A DNA stretch of 63,447 bases, filler included, from Reticulomyxa filosa (GCA_000512085.1; 19 parts of 19 records of this genome joined end to end with filler, not necessarily neighbours in it); one strand, 5' to 3'. Numbered from the whole stretch's first letter, positions 1 to 13,409 are shown. The notes: generated from the sequence alone by a model not told the origin. Made by a program: numbers and translations.

Positions 1-210
1 AATATTCGCAGTTTATATTCCTCCCCCCCCTTTTTTAAAAAAAATTGTGAAATTTTTATTAAAAATGTACAATTTGAAATACTTATCTGTTTGATGAAAT
101 TGCATATTATCATTTTTTTTTTTTTTTTGTATTTATGACACAGCTGCTTTTATAATTCAAAAAAAAAACATTACATACATAAATATATGTATACACAAAA
201 AAAAAAATAG

Positions 211-1677
211 ATACAACAATTAAATAGCAAGATTTCTGAATTAGAAACAGATAAAAAAGAATTGGAAACTAAAGTTTATTTTTTTTTTTTTTTTTTTACA
301 CCCCTTCCCCCTTTTTTTTTAAAAAAAAATTAGCTCCTTTTTTGATACTACTTTTCGCTTCATTCTATTGTTGTGTGTTCTTCTCCTTTTCGTAACCTTT
401 GCAACGCAGCTAAGCGACTTGGACAAGGAAAAGAGCGGTTTGAACGAAAAGAAGGTAGAAATCAATGCAAACGTTGAAGGTGTAAAAAGTGCGACGCACG
501 ATATCCACGCGGAGAAGAATAAATTAACGCAAGAGTTGCAGAACGTCGAAAAGCAAGTCTCTGAAACGCAAGGCCATTTGCAAATCAAAACCAGTGAAAA
601 AGCGAAGCTTATCACCCATAAACATCAATTGGAAAATACAGTTTTTTTTTTGTTTTTGTTTTGTTTTTAATGCAATGGTTTGCAACAAAGGGTCTTCAAT
701 TTCCGAAATTCGATAACAAACTGCTAACATTACATCCTTACAAAAAAATAATAATGATGATGAAAGAGATCACAATTAGAAAAAGGTGAACAAACATTGC
801 GAGAAAATATAAGTGCGACGCAAAACCATGCAAAGGAATTGGAAACGGAAAAAAGCGTGTTGGGAGAAAAGAATGAGGCGATGGCAGAGGAAATATCGAC
901 ATTACAGGCACAATTAGTTGTAAGCACACAAGAGCACAATGAATTGTCAACCAAAGCCCAATCTCTGACACAAGAAAAAAACCAACTGCAAAATGATTTG
1001 CGCTCTGCACAAAGAGATTCGAACAGAACCAACCAACAACTTGCCGATGTAACTAATCAAATCACTGAACAAAGTTATCTTTTTCTTTTCTTTCTTTTTT
1101 TTTCCTCCTTCCTTCCCCTTTACCCAAATTGGGCCACAAATGACAATTACATAATCTATGATTGACGCCGTTTGTGCAAAATATAGCTAATGAACACGAA
1201 AAAATTCAACAAGAACACGAAAGCTTGCAACAACAATTAGATCGACAAGCTGATGAATCAAAAACTTTAACCACTGAAAACAATCAATTGGGTGAAGAAA
1301 ATAATGCATTAAAGAATCAAATATCATCTGCTCAAGGTATTTCTTATTTGCCCTGCTCTTTCTTTTTTTTTAAAAAAAATGTGTATATATATAATTTATG
1401 TATATGCATATGTGGTTTTATGATTTGGACTTTTCCTTGATTCTTAATAGATGAGACAGAAGCTCGTGCGCGTGATTTAGAAGCTGAAATTGCCAAGTTA
1501 CAAAAAGAGTTAAGTCAAATCGAAACCGAAAACGGCCAGTTGAATGAAAAAATACGAGTGGAACGAGAAAATGCCGAAAAAAGGGCTGAAGCTCAGAAAC
1601 AAGACGACTTAACATCACCTTTGGTGAAAAAAGATATCGAAACTGCTTCCAAACAAGGATGTTGCTCTATTTTGTGA
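211..1677 (+). CDS. Multi-exon coiled-coil protein ending in a CaaX box (KQGCCSIL*); 5'-partial
   Basis: In-frame exons 211-273, 410-640, 767-~1074, ~1187-1336 and ~1451-1677, joined by GT-AG introns; heptad-rich E/Q/K/L sequence; TGA at 1675-1677. Confidence 0.75.
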
Positions 1678-2674
1678 TTTTTAAAAGATAGTAAAAAACT
1701 ATATATATTCAAAGCAACTCAAACAAAGCAGGCCAAAAAAACGCATTACAACTCCAACAAACATTTGACAACTTGAAGGGCTCTTTTTTTTCCCCTCATC
1801 CCCTCTTCTCTTGCCCTTTTTTTGTGGGGCAGCGGCTCACTTTAGTTGTCGCAAATTTTATTTTCTTAAATTTTATTCAATTATGATACAATTTTGAGGT
1901 AGATTTTCACAGTTATTTTCAAATTTTTTTTTGGCATTCTCTTTTTATTCATAAGAGGTTATTATAATTATATTTCTGGTGATTGTAATTCTACCTATGT
2001 GACAAGAAAAGTAAAAGAAACGGAATGTACAATACCACCCTTTTTTCTGTTTTTACTTATCCCGTGTAAAATCGTTTTCAATTTCAATTGTAACAAATAT
2101 TTTTCGTTCCTTCATTTTTCCCTAAATGCCACGTAAGATACGTTCAGCAGCTAAAAGTGTTTCTACACGCTCTCCGTATTTAAAAACGACTGTAAGATCG
2201 CAAAAAAGATCCCTCTGAAATGTACCATTGCAAATTGCAATTTCTCCATTACAAACTTTTTTAACTTCTTGTACGTGACCTAAGTATAAATAAAAGATAA
2301 CGTTGAGAGTAAAGTTTAACTTTGAAAATTTTCACAAATAAAAAAACATGGCATTTCTTTCCCACGTTTTCCATTACTTTTATAAAAAAAACGATGTTTG
2401 ATTCTCCGGGATATGAAAATACCATTGGAAAAAAGATGTAAATGCATTGTTCGAAAGAGCTTTACAAATGTTTGCAAGGGTGCACGACAAAGACTGTTTT
2501 AAAAGAACTTTTTTGTTTTTTGTTTTTCCCTCCTTTTCTTGAGACTTGTGTTTTAAAAAGTGTTTAAAAAATAGAGCGAAAATTGATAATTTCGCGCAGT
2601 GTAAGCAGATATTTACTGGTTGGTTGAGATCTTTGTTTGAGCAGTTTCCAGTTTGGTGGAAGGAAAAAAAAAGA

Positions 2675-3705
2675 ATGGGTTTCAAAGTACAAAGAGAAGG
2701 TTTTAGCGCAGGGATATTTGAGGGGACGATGACGGTGGGTATATTAGTTTTTGCATACGAGATTTGGCTATTGTACATATGTTGGTATAATTTTTGGCGA
2801 ACCACACCAACTCCACCATCATCATCCCCCAAAGAGGCCCAAAGAAGTGTGGACAGTGATATCGAAATGGTGATCAAGGAAGACGTTTTTAAGGCTGAGC
2901 ATGTCCCTAGTATAAATTTTACGATTAGGTTATTGGTGACAATTGCGGTCGTATTATCGATGCTATTTACACTAAGCGCGATGATCGAGATGTGTGTGTA
3001 TGCGTTATATGAGACTTATTTTTTCTGTCACAATTCCTGGCGATCTTTTTTTCTTTCAAGCAACTCACGAGTAGTTGTGTTTTTTGTATACGTCGTCCGC
3101 TTGGATGTTGTATTCAAAAATACGGTATATAAACTCTCTCTTTTTGTGCGTGTTATTTCGTTTATTTTGCCGATTTTGACTTGCGCTTTATTCCTGGCGT
3201 CCAACATTTCCAAAATCGCTTTTTGCAGTGCTAATGTCGTCACAGCGTTGTCTTTCATTACCGTTTGCTGCGATATCACATGCAACATTGTATTTTTTTG
3301 TCTGTTCACTTTTAGAGTTACTGCAACTAAAAAAAGTATATATTTACCAAAAGTACCCCTTTTTTTTTGTGTGTTTACTGGGGATCGTCTGGGCAGCCTG
3401 CACATTTTTTTTAAAGTTAAACAAGATAAATGCATTAAAAAAAAAAAAAAAAAAAGCTGAGGACCGCACGTCAGTTAACTAGAATTGGAGAAGAAGTCAA
3501 AAAAGTAGTTAAAAAATTATTTGTATTGTTCGCTATTATGATGATCGGCTCTTTTTGTCTCTATTTGGTATTTTTAAAACCGGGACTGGGACAATTTCTC
3601 CTCGTTGCTGTAATTGTTGACATCGCTATTAATTGTTCGACGCTATTGTTAAGTTTTCGCTTTGCAAATACGTATTATGAAATTTTGTGTTTCTGTGCAA
3701 ACTAA
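2675..3705 (+). CDS. Multi-pass (probably 7TM, GPCR-like) membrane protein, ~296 aa
   Basis: Exons 2675-3316 and 3457-3705 joined by a phase-0 intron 3317-3456 (FTFR|LRTARQLTRIGEEVKKVVKKLF); about 7 hydrophobic segments; last helix VDIAINCSTLLLSF. Confidence 0.65.
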
Positions 3706-4415
3706 AAAATTTATTTTTATTTTCGTCAATTTTTTTTTTGTTGTCCTTTATCGATTTTTTAAAATAATGTTTAAACATTTTTTATTTTGCCTTGGATTTT
3801 TTTTTGGTGTTGACAAAACAGTTTACACCTTTAAAAATTATGTACTGTTTACCAAGACAATAATAAAAAAGTAAATAAAGTGTTCCTTTTACTTGTGTAT
3901 GTTCGTGTTGCTTTGGCAAACTTTTTATTTTTGAGTTGGTAAAACTATGTACCGTCTTCTGAGACGACTTTTGGCATACATGAAATATTTTTGCAAGTTT
4001 TTTTGTATTATTACGTCCGACATTGACGATTTGCATTTATGTTTCTTAAAAAAAAAGGACATAAGAAGGAATTTTGTGCTCAAAAAGCGTTGTTGCAAAA
4101 TCTTCGCCATTCGATACTGAACATTTTTTAGGCAATAGTTTCGTCACTGTTATATTTACTCCAAGTCTAGCACAATTATTTCGGCGTTTAGCAAATTTTT
4201 AGTGTTTGAAAGAAAACGGGTCCAGCACAAAAACTCACAAGCTGTTGGCTAGCTGAACAAAAGTAAACGCAGAAGTAAAACAAAAAATCCAAGTTATATT
4301 GATCAGGATTACAAGTTGTAAGCTAAGACATTATTCAGTTTAAAATTAAAAACTTTATGTTCAATCTTTTTTCTTGAATGTTCCTGACAGAAAAAAAGGA
4401 CCCAAAAAAATTGAA

Positions 4416-5606
4416 ATGTCAATGTCAGTTTGGTTTCTGGGAGGAGCATTAGTATTTCTGGGATCATTGTTGGCCATAGCGATAGGCCGTTTATGGTATC
4501 AGCAGACATTGTTCACGCCGTATGTAACCTCAAAGAAAGACCTGAGAGGGACATATGTGATAATAACCGGAGGGAACACAGGAATAGGTTACGCAACAGC
4601 AAAAGGTTTAGTAGAGAGAGGAGCGCATGTGATAATAGCATGTCGAAGCAAAGAAAAGGGTGAAGCGGCAGTAAAAGATTTAAGCATGGAGATTAGCAAG
4701 CAAGCCAAGCAAGGCTCAAAACAACAGATCAGAGGAGGAAAAGTGGAGTCAATGATTCTAAACTTGAGTGACTTAAAATCGGTGGACGAATTTATAAATG
4801 AATATATTAATGTCAAAAAATATCCATTAGATGTGCTAATAAACAACGCAGGGATTGGAGGAGTGCAGTTGGAGGCATCCAAAATAACTCTAAACTTTTT
4901 GGCGGAGTTGTGGCAGGTCAACTACTTGCATCCGTTTTACCTGACCTTTCGCCTTTTGCCTCACATGGCTCTAAAATCAGAAAGAGCCAGTTCTAAAAAC
5001 GGAGACACTCCAAAAAAGTGTGTTATCAACGTGAGTAGCGTGTACCACGAGCACGGAAACTTTGACTCCAAACTTTTGGGTGCAACTCAATGCATCCACA
5101 AAACATTGCTCACAGCCCCCAACAACAAAAAAGACGGAAAAGGAAGTGAGAAGCAGTATCAGGCATCGCAGTCGCAAATGCAACTGGTGCAAGCATGGCT
5201 AAAGTACTATGCGACCTCCAAACTGGCTCAAATCATGCACGTTAAACAACTTTGCCAAGTGTCCCGTTCGCATGCACCGAACGTGCAGTTCTTTGCAGTC
5301 AATCCCGGATATTGTCGAACTAACATTTGGCAGTTTGATGATCTGCCATGGTTTGCAAAAGTGTTTACGATTTGTGTGTACCCATGGCTACGCTTCATTT
5401 GGCGTTCTTGTGACGACGGAGCACAAACCGCTCTTTATTGTGTCTTGGACGACCATGCATCGACTGGAAAGTACTTTTCCAATTGTTACGTTGATCGCAC
5501 CTTAGACTCTTGTCAACAATGTGACAACGTACAAGACTGCCAAATTTTGTGGCAATATTCGTGCAATGCTTTGCATTTGCCGAAATCACCATTTTCCTCA
5601 TCTTAA
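4416..5606 (+). CDS. Short-chain dehydrogenase/reductase (retinol dehydrogenase/WWOX-like) with N-terminal membrane anchor
   Basis: Intronless ORF; TGGNTGIG NAD(P)-binding motif, IACR, LINNAG, NVSS, catalytic YATSK, VNPG. Confidence 0.9.
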   Translation: MSMSVWFLGGALVFLGSLLAIAIGRLWYQQTLFTPYVTSKKDLRGTYVIITGGNTGIGYATAKGLVERGAHVIIACRSKEKGEAAVKDLSMEISKQAKQGSKQQIRGGKVESMILNLSDLKSVDEFINEYINVKKYPLDVLINNAGIGGVQLEASKITLNFLAELWQVNYLHPFYLTFRLLPHMALKSERASSKNGDTPKKCVINVSSVYHEHGNFDSKLLGATQCIHKTLLTAPNNKKDGKGSEKQYQASQSQMQLVQAWLKYYATSKLAQIMHVKQLCQVSRSHAPNVQFFAVNPGYCRTNIWQFDDLPWFAKVFTICVYPWLRFIWRSCDDGAQTALYCVLDDHASTGKYFSNCYVDRTLDSCQQCDNVQDCQILWQYSCNALHLPKSPFSSS

Positions 5607-6998
5607 ATACTTCTTCTTGTTTGTCATAATTTTTTTTTTGGTTGTCATTTCCAGAAAGTAAAATGACCTTATCTTGTGCATTTCCTACACACAATGAAAA
5701 ACAAAGAGGTTTAAAGGACATTGACCCGCTTCAACTGTTCAAACAATTGCTTTTGGGTTGTTGTAAGATTTGCTTGGTTTGAATTATTTTCTTAAATATG
5801 CCATTCTTATTGTAAATAATACACTTCTTTAAAGATTAAAAAAATGAAATCGCCAAGAAATAAGCAAAAAAAATCACAATAATTCGTTGCACTACAAGCA
5901 ATATCGCGAAACAACAAATCCAATTTTTTAAAAAATGTGTTTTGTATGTGCAATTATGTTGTACTTGAAAAAAAAAAACTTATAAACAAGATTATCATTA
6001 AAAATATTACACAACTCAAAAATATACACAAAACGGATTAAGATTTTAGAATATAAAACATTTATAATGAAATAAAAAGGAAAACGTTATTCTTACAATA
6101 GAAAGTCAATTATTTTTAAAAAGTTAGAACAAATATAATGTGCAATATTTGTTTGGGTCAAATTTTATTCTATTTTATTGTTATAAGAAACTTAACTTAT
6201 GCATTGCGATACGAATTAAATTCATTTACTTTTATTATTAAGATACATTATTACTAATCAACAACATTTATTGCAATTTTCTATTTTTTCATTAATGTAA
6301 CTACAAAAAAGAAAAATAATTTAATTGTTAAATATATGTAGTCCTTGAGTATTTTAGTACATACATCACACTTTTTTAAGAAAAAAGTAAAAAAACTCGA
6401 CTATTTGGAAGATAGGTTTTCATTGCTAAAAAGTTATTTTTAAGTCAAAATACAAGCACGATGTTGTGTGGATATAATGTAAAAATGACTTTGATATCAT
6501 ACAATTGATATTTAAACAAAAAGTGTCAAGCTTGAAGCTTATCAGGCGAATTTCTTTTTGAAAAGTAATCCAACACACAATAGCAAAATGAATGCATACT
6601 AACAATACCAGCAAACGCGATTTGAACACGCAATAGACAGTAGGGAACTCGAGGAAAGTGGAAAAAAGTGGTCGTTAACGACAAGTTGTCGCACGTTTTT
6701 TTAAAAATTGGAGACGCAGATGGTAGAAAATGACGAAACATGTTTGGAAAATAACCTTGTGTGTAAATGAAGAGAAGAAACAAACCAAGAACAAAGAGAA
6801 ATCATGCAAGACAAAGGACGGAACAGACAGCAAAAAGACGGAAAAAAAAAAGAAAAGACTGGAGAAAATGTAAAAAAAAAAAAAGCGCAAGCTGAAAGAA
6901 GTACTGGAAAGTGACACGAAGACGAAAAAACCATCAAAAAAGTCGTCAAAAAAGCCATCAAAAAAATCAAAAGGAAAAAGCAAAAAAAAAAGGAAACA

Positions 6999-7307
6999 AT
7001 GAGCTTACCTGTTTCAAATGATGATACCCCAGCAATAGTGAAAGACGAAATGAAAAACAAGAGCAAATCCAAAACCAAAGTCAAATCCAAGACTACACCT
7101 GAGTTCAAGGACAAGAAAAAGAAGAAAACAAAAGAACTAAAAAAACAACGAAAGTACAAAATGCTACATCGTAAAATACTGCAAAAAAAAGCAAAGAATA
7201 ATAGGTCAGGTATAGAAAAGACAGTTCCATTGGTTAGGTTACAAACGAACGGCGTACCGTTAATTGAAATGGAAAGTAATATTGAATCTGAAAAAAGAAA
7301 GCGATAA
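6999..7307 (+). CDS. Lys-rich ORF of uncertain status
   Basis: 102-aa ATG ORF, low complexity, no recognisable domain. Confidence 0.2.
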   Translation: MSLPVSNDDTPAIVKDEMKNKSKSKTKVKSKTTPEFKDKKKKKTKELKKQRKYKMLHRKILQKKAKNNRSGIEKTVPLVRLQTNGVPLIEMESNIESEKRKR

Positions 7308-7740
7308 CTTGACAATTTCTTTATTCATATTTATTTATACAATAAGCAACTTAAATTATTCGAATTAGTGTCGTATCGTATACATAAAATGTTAATGTAA
7401 GTGGGCAGGTCATTTTTTATTTTGTTGTTTGGAATTTTAATTTCAGGTCGACCAAAAACAAGAGTCATGACCTAGACTGAAACAAAATCAATTGGCTATA
7501 TTTGAACAACAATGGGATCAAGCTCAGCAAAAACAATCTTTAAATTCACCTTTTGTAATTAAGTTGGCAGTTTAAAAATGAAGAAGTGTTTCTTGTAAAA
7601 AAAAGAAAAGCGATGTTTGACACACTTGGTACAATTTATTCAGTTTTAAACCTTTCCTACACTATCATTTTTTTTTTTACCGTTTGGAAAAAAGGAAAGG
7701 GACGAAGAATCGTCCGTCAAAAACTAAAACTATCGATAGC

Positions 7741-8832
7741 ATGTTAGATGATATATTTTCATTAATCTGTGCCACTACTACAGCGGCACAAGTTGAGTGG
7801 TTTATCATGGGATTGTACTCACTTTCTTTTTTTTGTTAAATATAAAAAAAAAAAACACACACAACAAAACGCAATTAGGAAAAGAACAAGCAAGATTTTC
7901 AAAACTGGGTGAATGAAAATCATCAAATTCTAACCCAACTTTTTTCGTATTACAAAAAAGTAGGAAGCCTTATTATTATCATCTTTTTTTTTATTATTCG
8001 TTTTCAATGGGTATTGCTGTTTTGCAAAATTTAATCACAACAAACGGAACACAAAAAAAAAAAGGGAGCCAGGTGCGATGACGATTTAGATGTATTGACC
8101 AAACAAGTTTGTATGAAGATCGCAAACTACACGGTATTAATATGGAAAACAGAAAGCCCACAGCCTAATACTATTTCTACGATTACATAAAAATAGACAT
8201 ATCTAAACTACAAAATCACATTATTTACATCCATTCATTTTTAGACACAACAAAGAGGGTCCGCAATTGGGAAGGGGAAGGGAGGGGGTGAACTTTTTTT
8301 TTTTGGAATTTTTTTTTAAAATTAAAAAAAAAAAAAAAAGGGTGTGCACATAAGTCATATGTATCGACTATGCAATGCGTTACAAAGTGAAAGCAACAAA
8401 ATAGCAGCGATAACAGAAGAGAGACTGTTGACCGCGTTCTTTGAAGAACGAAATCTATTCTGTCGATGTCTTATTGCACTGTTGTACCGTGCAAAGGATG
8501 TATCTAATCCAACCTCCACGACGTCCATATCTGCCTTACGTTTTGTTTCCCTGTCTTTGAAAACACATTTCAAACAACATTGACATATATTAATATACAC
8601 ATACACACATATACATATATGTATACACACACACATATATGTATATATATTTGTGTATATGTTTATTGGGATTGATGAACAGCGGAATGTTGTCAGGGCG
8701 AACATTGGTGCCAAAACATTTGTACGAGTTACATGCAATTGCTAATGTTTATTTCAAAAAAAAAAGTTGCAAACACTCCAGCCAATTGTGCGTCTATCAT
8801 TTGGAACAGTATTCTCAATGAATTTTTGTTGC

Positions 8833-8871
<39 letters not shown>

Positions 8872-9600
8872 CCATTATTTTTTTTTGGGATCACTATTGC
8901 ACCACATACATATATATGTATATGTGTGTGAAAAAGAATGCTATGGAAGATAATGTCATTGTTTGAAGTTGGAACGGAGATATCATATAGCAAATGGTTT
9001 AATTTGTATGATCAAATGTATGGCTTCACTTGGTCTTACTTGCCTCAATTTTATGCGCACATTTCCAATGAACCTGCACAACTGACTCTCATTGGTTTGA
9101 CACTTGCTTTTTTTTTTTTTTTTTTACACTACTTATTACTTTTTTTTGATTTGTAGCTTTTGATGACTTTGTAACTTATTATTACTATTTTTTTATATTT
9201 TTATATTTTTTATTTTTTAAAAAAGCGTATCTGCAAATTGTCGTGCTAGTCGCATGGCTACCATTAGACGAGTTGCCAGAGATTTTGTATCAACTTACCA
9301 ACGAATCGAGTAAGAAGTATGAAATAACCCAAGAAACAGTTTTCTAGCAATTTGACATACACTTTTTTTTTTTTTTTTGCTATTTGTTTGCAAAGACAAA
9401 TGAACATACACACATACATTGCATACACAATCGAATTAGACAGTGAAATTGCTGCGAGAAATATTAACAAATTTGTTTGACAAAACGGAAAAGTTATTAC
9501 GCTCGAAACGCGCTTTGCTACCCAATCATTTGAAAAATGCTGGTCTATGTATTACACAAGTGTGGTTCATTTTCGAAGACTTACTGTCACGACTAAAAAG
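7741..9600 (+). CDS. Multi-exon hypothetical, probably all-helical protein; 3'-partial
   Basis: Protein-like segments (MLDDIFSLICATTTAAQ; EKNKQDFQNWVNENHQILTQLFSYYKK; GVHISHMYRLCNALQSE; YLQIVVLVAWLPLDELPEILYQL; ARILTNLFDKTEKLL) separated by GT-AG introns; exon chain not fully resolved. Confidence 0.45.
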
Positions 9601-9640
9601 GTCCCTTTTTTTTTAAAAAAATAAAAAATAAAAAACTTTG

Positions 9641-9740
9641 NNNNNNNNNNNNNNNNNNNNNNNNNNNNNNNNNNNNNNNNNNNNTTAATTAATTAANNNN
9701 NNNNNNNNNNNNNNNNNNNNNNNNNNNNNNNNNNNNNNNN
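9641..9740. other. Artificial contig-joining spacer (N44-TTAATTAATTAA-N44), first of 18
   Basis: The identical 100-nt spacer, with stops in all six frames, also starts at 11634, 16424, 17524, 19776, 23621, 26181, 30916, 34329, 35993, 38109, 42525, 45744, 47101, 49405, 55127, 57864 and 59173. Confidence 0.98.
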
Positions 9741-9789
9741 TTTTTTTTTTTTTTTTTTTTCTTTTAAAAAAAAAAAAAAAAAAATCTGC

Positions 9790-11561
9790 AATGATAACCG
9801 GTCCAAATATGGATAATAGAATCGAAATTAAAACAAAGGGAGATAAACACGAGTTATTTCGATTTGCCGATGAAAAAGAAAGAGACGAGTGGGTCAAAGA
9901 CATTCAAAACGTGTTAAGCAATCTATCTTCGTGGCCCTTCTATGTATCATACTCGTGAAATGAAACTTTTATTTGTTTATATATGTGTATAAATATATGT
10001 GTATTTTATGTATGTATATATACATATACATATATATATTTTTGTTATTTACTTGGGTTCAAACTTGGTTTTTTTTCTTGTTTGCAATGGCCATGGCTTT
10101 ACAGGATCAAAACATGTGATTCCCATCGTGAGGGAAAATCCATCAACATGGTGAGGTATATGTGGTTTGTATTTTAATATAATTAAAATATTATTGCTTC
10201 CTTTTTTTTTTTTTTGATTATAAAAAAAAACTTACTTTTTTACGCGTGTAGTAGCGCATTTTTTTTTTTTTGGAATCAAATAGGAACCAACATTGTATCC
10301 ATTCACCATAGCAAAGCCTGGAATGGAGAGTCATTACTTTTGTGTTCAGGACGAAACTGAGTTGCAATCCTGGAAAAATCATTTGTCTTCTTCCATTGCT
10401 GACATCGTTTTGTACTTTTTTTGTTTTGTGCTTGTGGTTTTAAAATTTTTTCTCTTCCCTCCCCCCCCCCCCCCCTTCGCCTCTCTCTTTTTACATGGGC
10501 CCATTCTTTTGTGTCGTACGCACACGTGCATTGGGAGGGGATCATATCAGCTTGAAATGGAAGTTGTTAGTACATGCTTGTCTTGGTTATTTTTTTTAAG
10601 ACTTCGTCGCTCACACCATCTCCGTCGTCTCCATTAATAACGGCAACAAAAGCGACACCGTCTCAAGTTATTCCAATTGATAAGGAAAACAAAGAAGGCG
10701 AAAAAGAGAAAGAAGGCATTGCAAAATCACCAACTGTAGGAAGGTTATATCTTTCTTTCTCATCTCTTTTACTAATAACAAAAAAAATTGAAATACGTCT
10801 GACAGAGTATCCATTCGGGCAAGACAAACAGTAATCAGTGGTATAAGTGACGAAGAATTGTTAAGTGACTCAACATGAAAAAAAAAGAAATGAAGCTGTG
10901 AATTGTCTGACTTGAAAAAGTTGTTGTTGGTGTTTGAAACGAAACGATATAATAGAGACGTGCAATTCATGGAATTGATCCAAGAGTTGAAAATTCCTGA
11001 AAAAGCAAGACCACAAATGATGAAAGTAGGCAGAGAGCAGAAAGTAAGAATGTTAGAAGAACACCAAGAAAGGAAGAAGGTTAATACGATTAAACAAAAG
11101 TCAAAATGCAAAAAAAAAAAAAAAAATATATATAAATATAAAAAATAGAAAAAACCCAAGCAAGACGCAAAGGTGTGGGCAAATAAATTTGCGAGCACTA
11201 GCCAAGTGAATTCAAATTCATTGCAAACATTTGCAGTGGTGTTACGCGATGAAAAGCCTACGTTTGCATTGCAATTTATTCGCGAATTAGGGTTAAGTCA
11301 TTTGTGTCGATTGGCACGAGATGGCCGATTTGCAAATGACATGTTGTTCTGCAAAGAGCTGATCAATGTATTCAAAGCATTGGTCGATTTGGACGGCACC
11401 ATGCCAGACATGATCAAACACGATAATTGCATCCGCGTCATTGTTGATCAACTGAATGTAAACGATACAAAAACCAGAGAGCAAGTGGTGAAGCTCTTGG
11501 CATCAATGGTCGGTTATGAGGGAGATGAAAATTATACCGCGTCCAACAAAGTATTGGAAGG
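9790..11561 (+). CDS. Formin-like protein fragment: PH domain(s) followed by a GBD/FH3 region; both ends partial
   Basis: PH C-terminal helices FADEKERDEWVKDI and FCVQDETELQSWKNHL; GBD-like FMELIQELKIPEKARPQMMKVGREQKVRML; FH3-like LRDEKPTFALQFIRELGL...INVFKALVD...TREQVVKLLASM. Confidence 0.7.
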
Positions 11562-12772
11562 TTTGCAAATTTTTTTTTTTTTTTTTTAATTAACTATAAT
11601 TAATTTGTCTAAAAAAAAAAAAAAGTGTGCAAANNNNNNNNNNNNNNNNNNNNNNNNNNNNNNNNNNNNNNNNNNNNTTAATTAATTAANNNNNNNNNNN
11701 NNNNNNNNNNNNNNNNNNNNNNNNNNNNNNNNNTTTTTTTTTTACCATGTCAAGGAATGTGAATGATCTGGTAGCTTGGGTTGCTCAAATCTGCTTTTCC
11801 CCTTTTGTGGAATTTTTTGAGATGGTGCAAGTCGGTTTTGTAATTTTCATCGACCCTCCCTTGCCCCCTTTTACAAGAGCACCCAGGGCTTTCTTTGACA
11901 AAATTTTTTTGCATGGGCTCTTTTTTAGAAGAGACAAATTTTCATAATACTGCGAATTTGATATTAGCAAACAACTCCCATAAGTTTTGGGGTGTGGCGT
12001 TAGGATCAGCAAGTATTGACATATATTCTTAAATAAAAAAACTTGGATAGTTGGACTTCAAGTGATTTGCAATTTTTTTTTTATAATAGCCAAAGCAATA
12101 GTTTTGAACGTTCACATTTTTTGTCGGAAATATCTTGTAATGGACGCCTATAGTAATTGTTGTGTGAATTATTCATTACTTTACATCAAACAAGATACTT
12201 AGAGTGTTTGAATATGTAAAAAATGAATTCCAAAGATTATAAAAAGAGTATCATTGTACAGTACAATAAAAAAAGTTCGAGTAAAATGGTATTCATAGAT
12301 AATCGATTTTCTATATGAAAATATAACTAAAATTTCTTTTAAATTCTAATCGTTTTGGTTTGTTAAGTCTTTCCGAATTTTGTCAGCATGTATTTTTTGT
12401 TTTTTGATCGTTTTTGTTGTTTGCCTTGTTGTTTGTTGAGCTTTAACTGTCATTTAGTTCTTCAAATTGTTTTACTGTTGTTATAACGACAAAAAAGATC
12501 AAAGCTATCACACCACTAAGACTAAACTCAAACGGGTGATCAATTGAGATTTTGATATAAAGGGGGAGCTATGCACTAATCTTACATCCATTAACATGAT
12601 TAGCATGTAAGTACCTAATATGTGATTAAAAATGAACTGTATAATCACAGCCCAGCAGACAGCAGTCAGAAATTAAAAAACACTTATAGTGATGCCATAC
12701 GAAGCTAGCAGCAAATAGTACAAAATACTTATTAACAAAAAAATAAAACAAATCACTTTGCACACATTGTAG

Positions 12773-12985
12773 TATGGGACGTCAGCTGCACTAAATGTAA
12801 TACGAAAAGTTTTCTACCTGAAGAAAGCTGCTTTTGACAAAACAATAGTGAATTAACAACTAAAAGATAATAACACAATAAAAGAAAGAGAAGCAAAAAC
12901 AAGAAGTGAAGAAAGTTGGTGAAGAAGTTTAGTCCATTGGGAGCTCCTCAAAGTTCAACCGTCTACAGTATGGACTTGCCCTGCA
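12773..12985 (-). mobile_element. Solo LTR (213 bp) of the family seen at 38551
   Basis: Begins tatgggacgtcagctg and contains tgtaatacgaaa, like the 38551 LTR; ends ctgca; flanked by a 4-bp direct repeat gtag (12769-12772 and 12986-12989). Confidence 0.7.
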
Positions 12986-13052
12986 GTAGCATCTTTTTTT
13001 TTGTTAATTTAAAATTTATTTTTTTCTAATTCTTTAAAATTTTTCATGCATT

Positions 13053-13120
13053 TGTGGGACGTCTGCTAACAAGAGATGATATTAAATGTAATACGAAAAG
13101 TTTTACTCAAAAAGAGAGGC
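13053..13120 (-). mobile_element. Truncated LTR fragment, same family
   Basis: tgtgggacgtctgct is identical to the start of 38551 and is followed by tgtaatacgaaaagtttt; right boundary approximate. Confidence 0.6.
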
Positions 13121-13409
13121 AAAAGGGTGCAAATGATAGACAACATCATGATGAAGAGACTCAGATGTATAATATACTAGCACATATTGTGGTACTCACA
13201 ATGATAATGTACCTTTCACATTTTGCTCTTATCTATATTGAATTATTTTTTAAGTTTTTGTTAAATTAATTGTTGCTATCTTAATCTATTAAATTGTGTT
13301 TGCTATAATAAGTGTAAGATATTGTGTTTAACAATTTGCTTCTTTTTATTTTGATTTTTTTAGTGATATATGTCCCTTTTGGATAATGCGGGCAAACTGG
13401 TTTTGCAAG

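Noticed and set aside
3480-3482. Apparent in-frame TAG in the 7TM gene (readthrough or recoding)
   Set aside because: Using the phase-0 donor at 3317 puts exon 2 in an open frame to 3705; the TAG is out of frame.
7942-7954. LTR core motif tttcgtattaca
   Set aside because: Isolated match within a probable exon (LFSYYK), with no other LTR similarity.
9685-9696. TTAATTAATTAA as a biological repeat or CRISPR-like repeat
   Set aside because: Always centred in exactly 88 Ns; a synthetic six-frame stop linker.
11747-12150. Short ORFs or a decayed gene
   Set aside because: No recognisable motif in any frame.
12560-12700. aagggggag as the PPT of another LTR element
   Set aside because: No TG...CA LTR or family motif follows.
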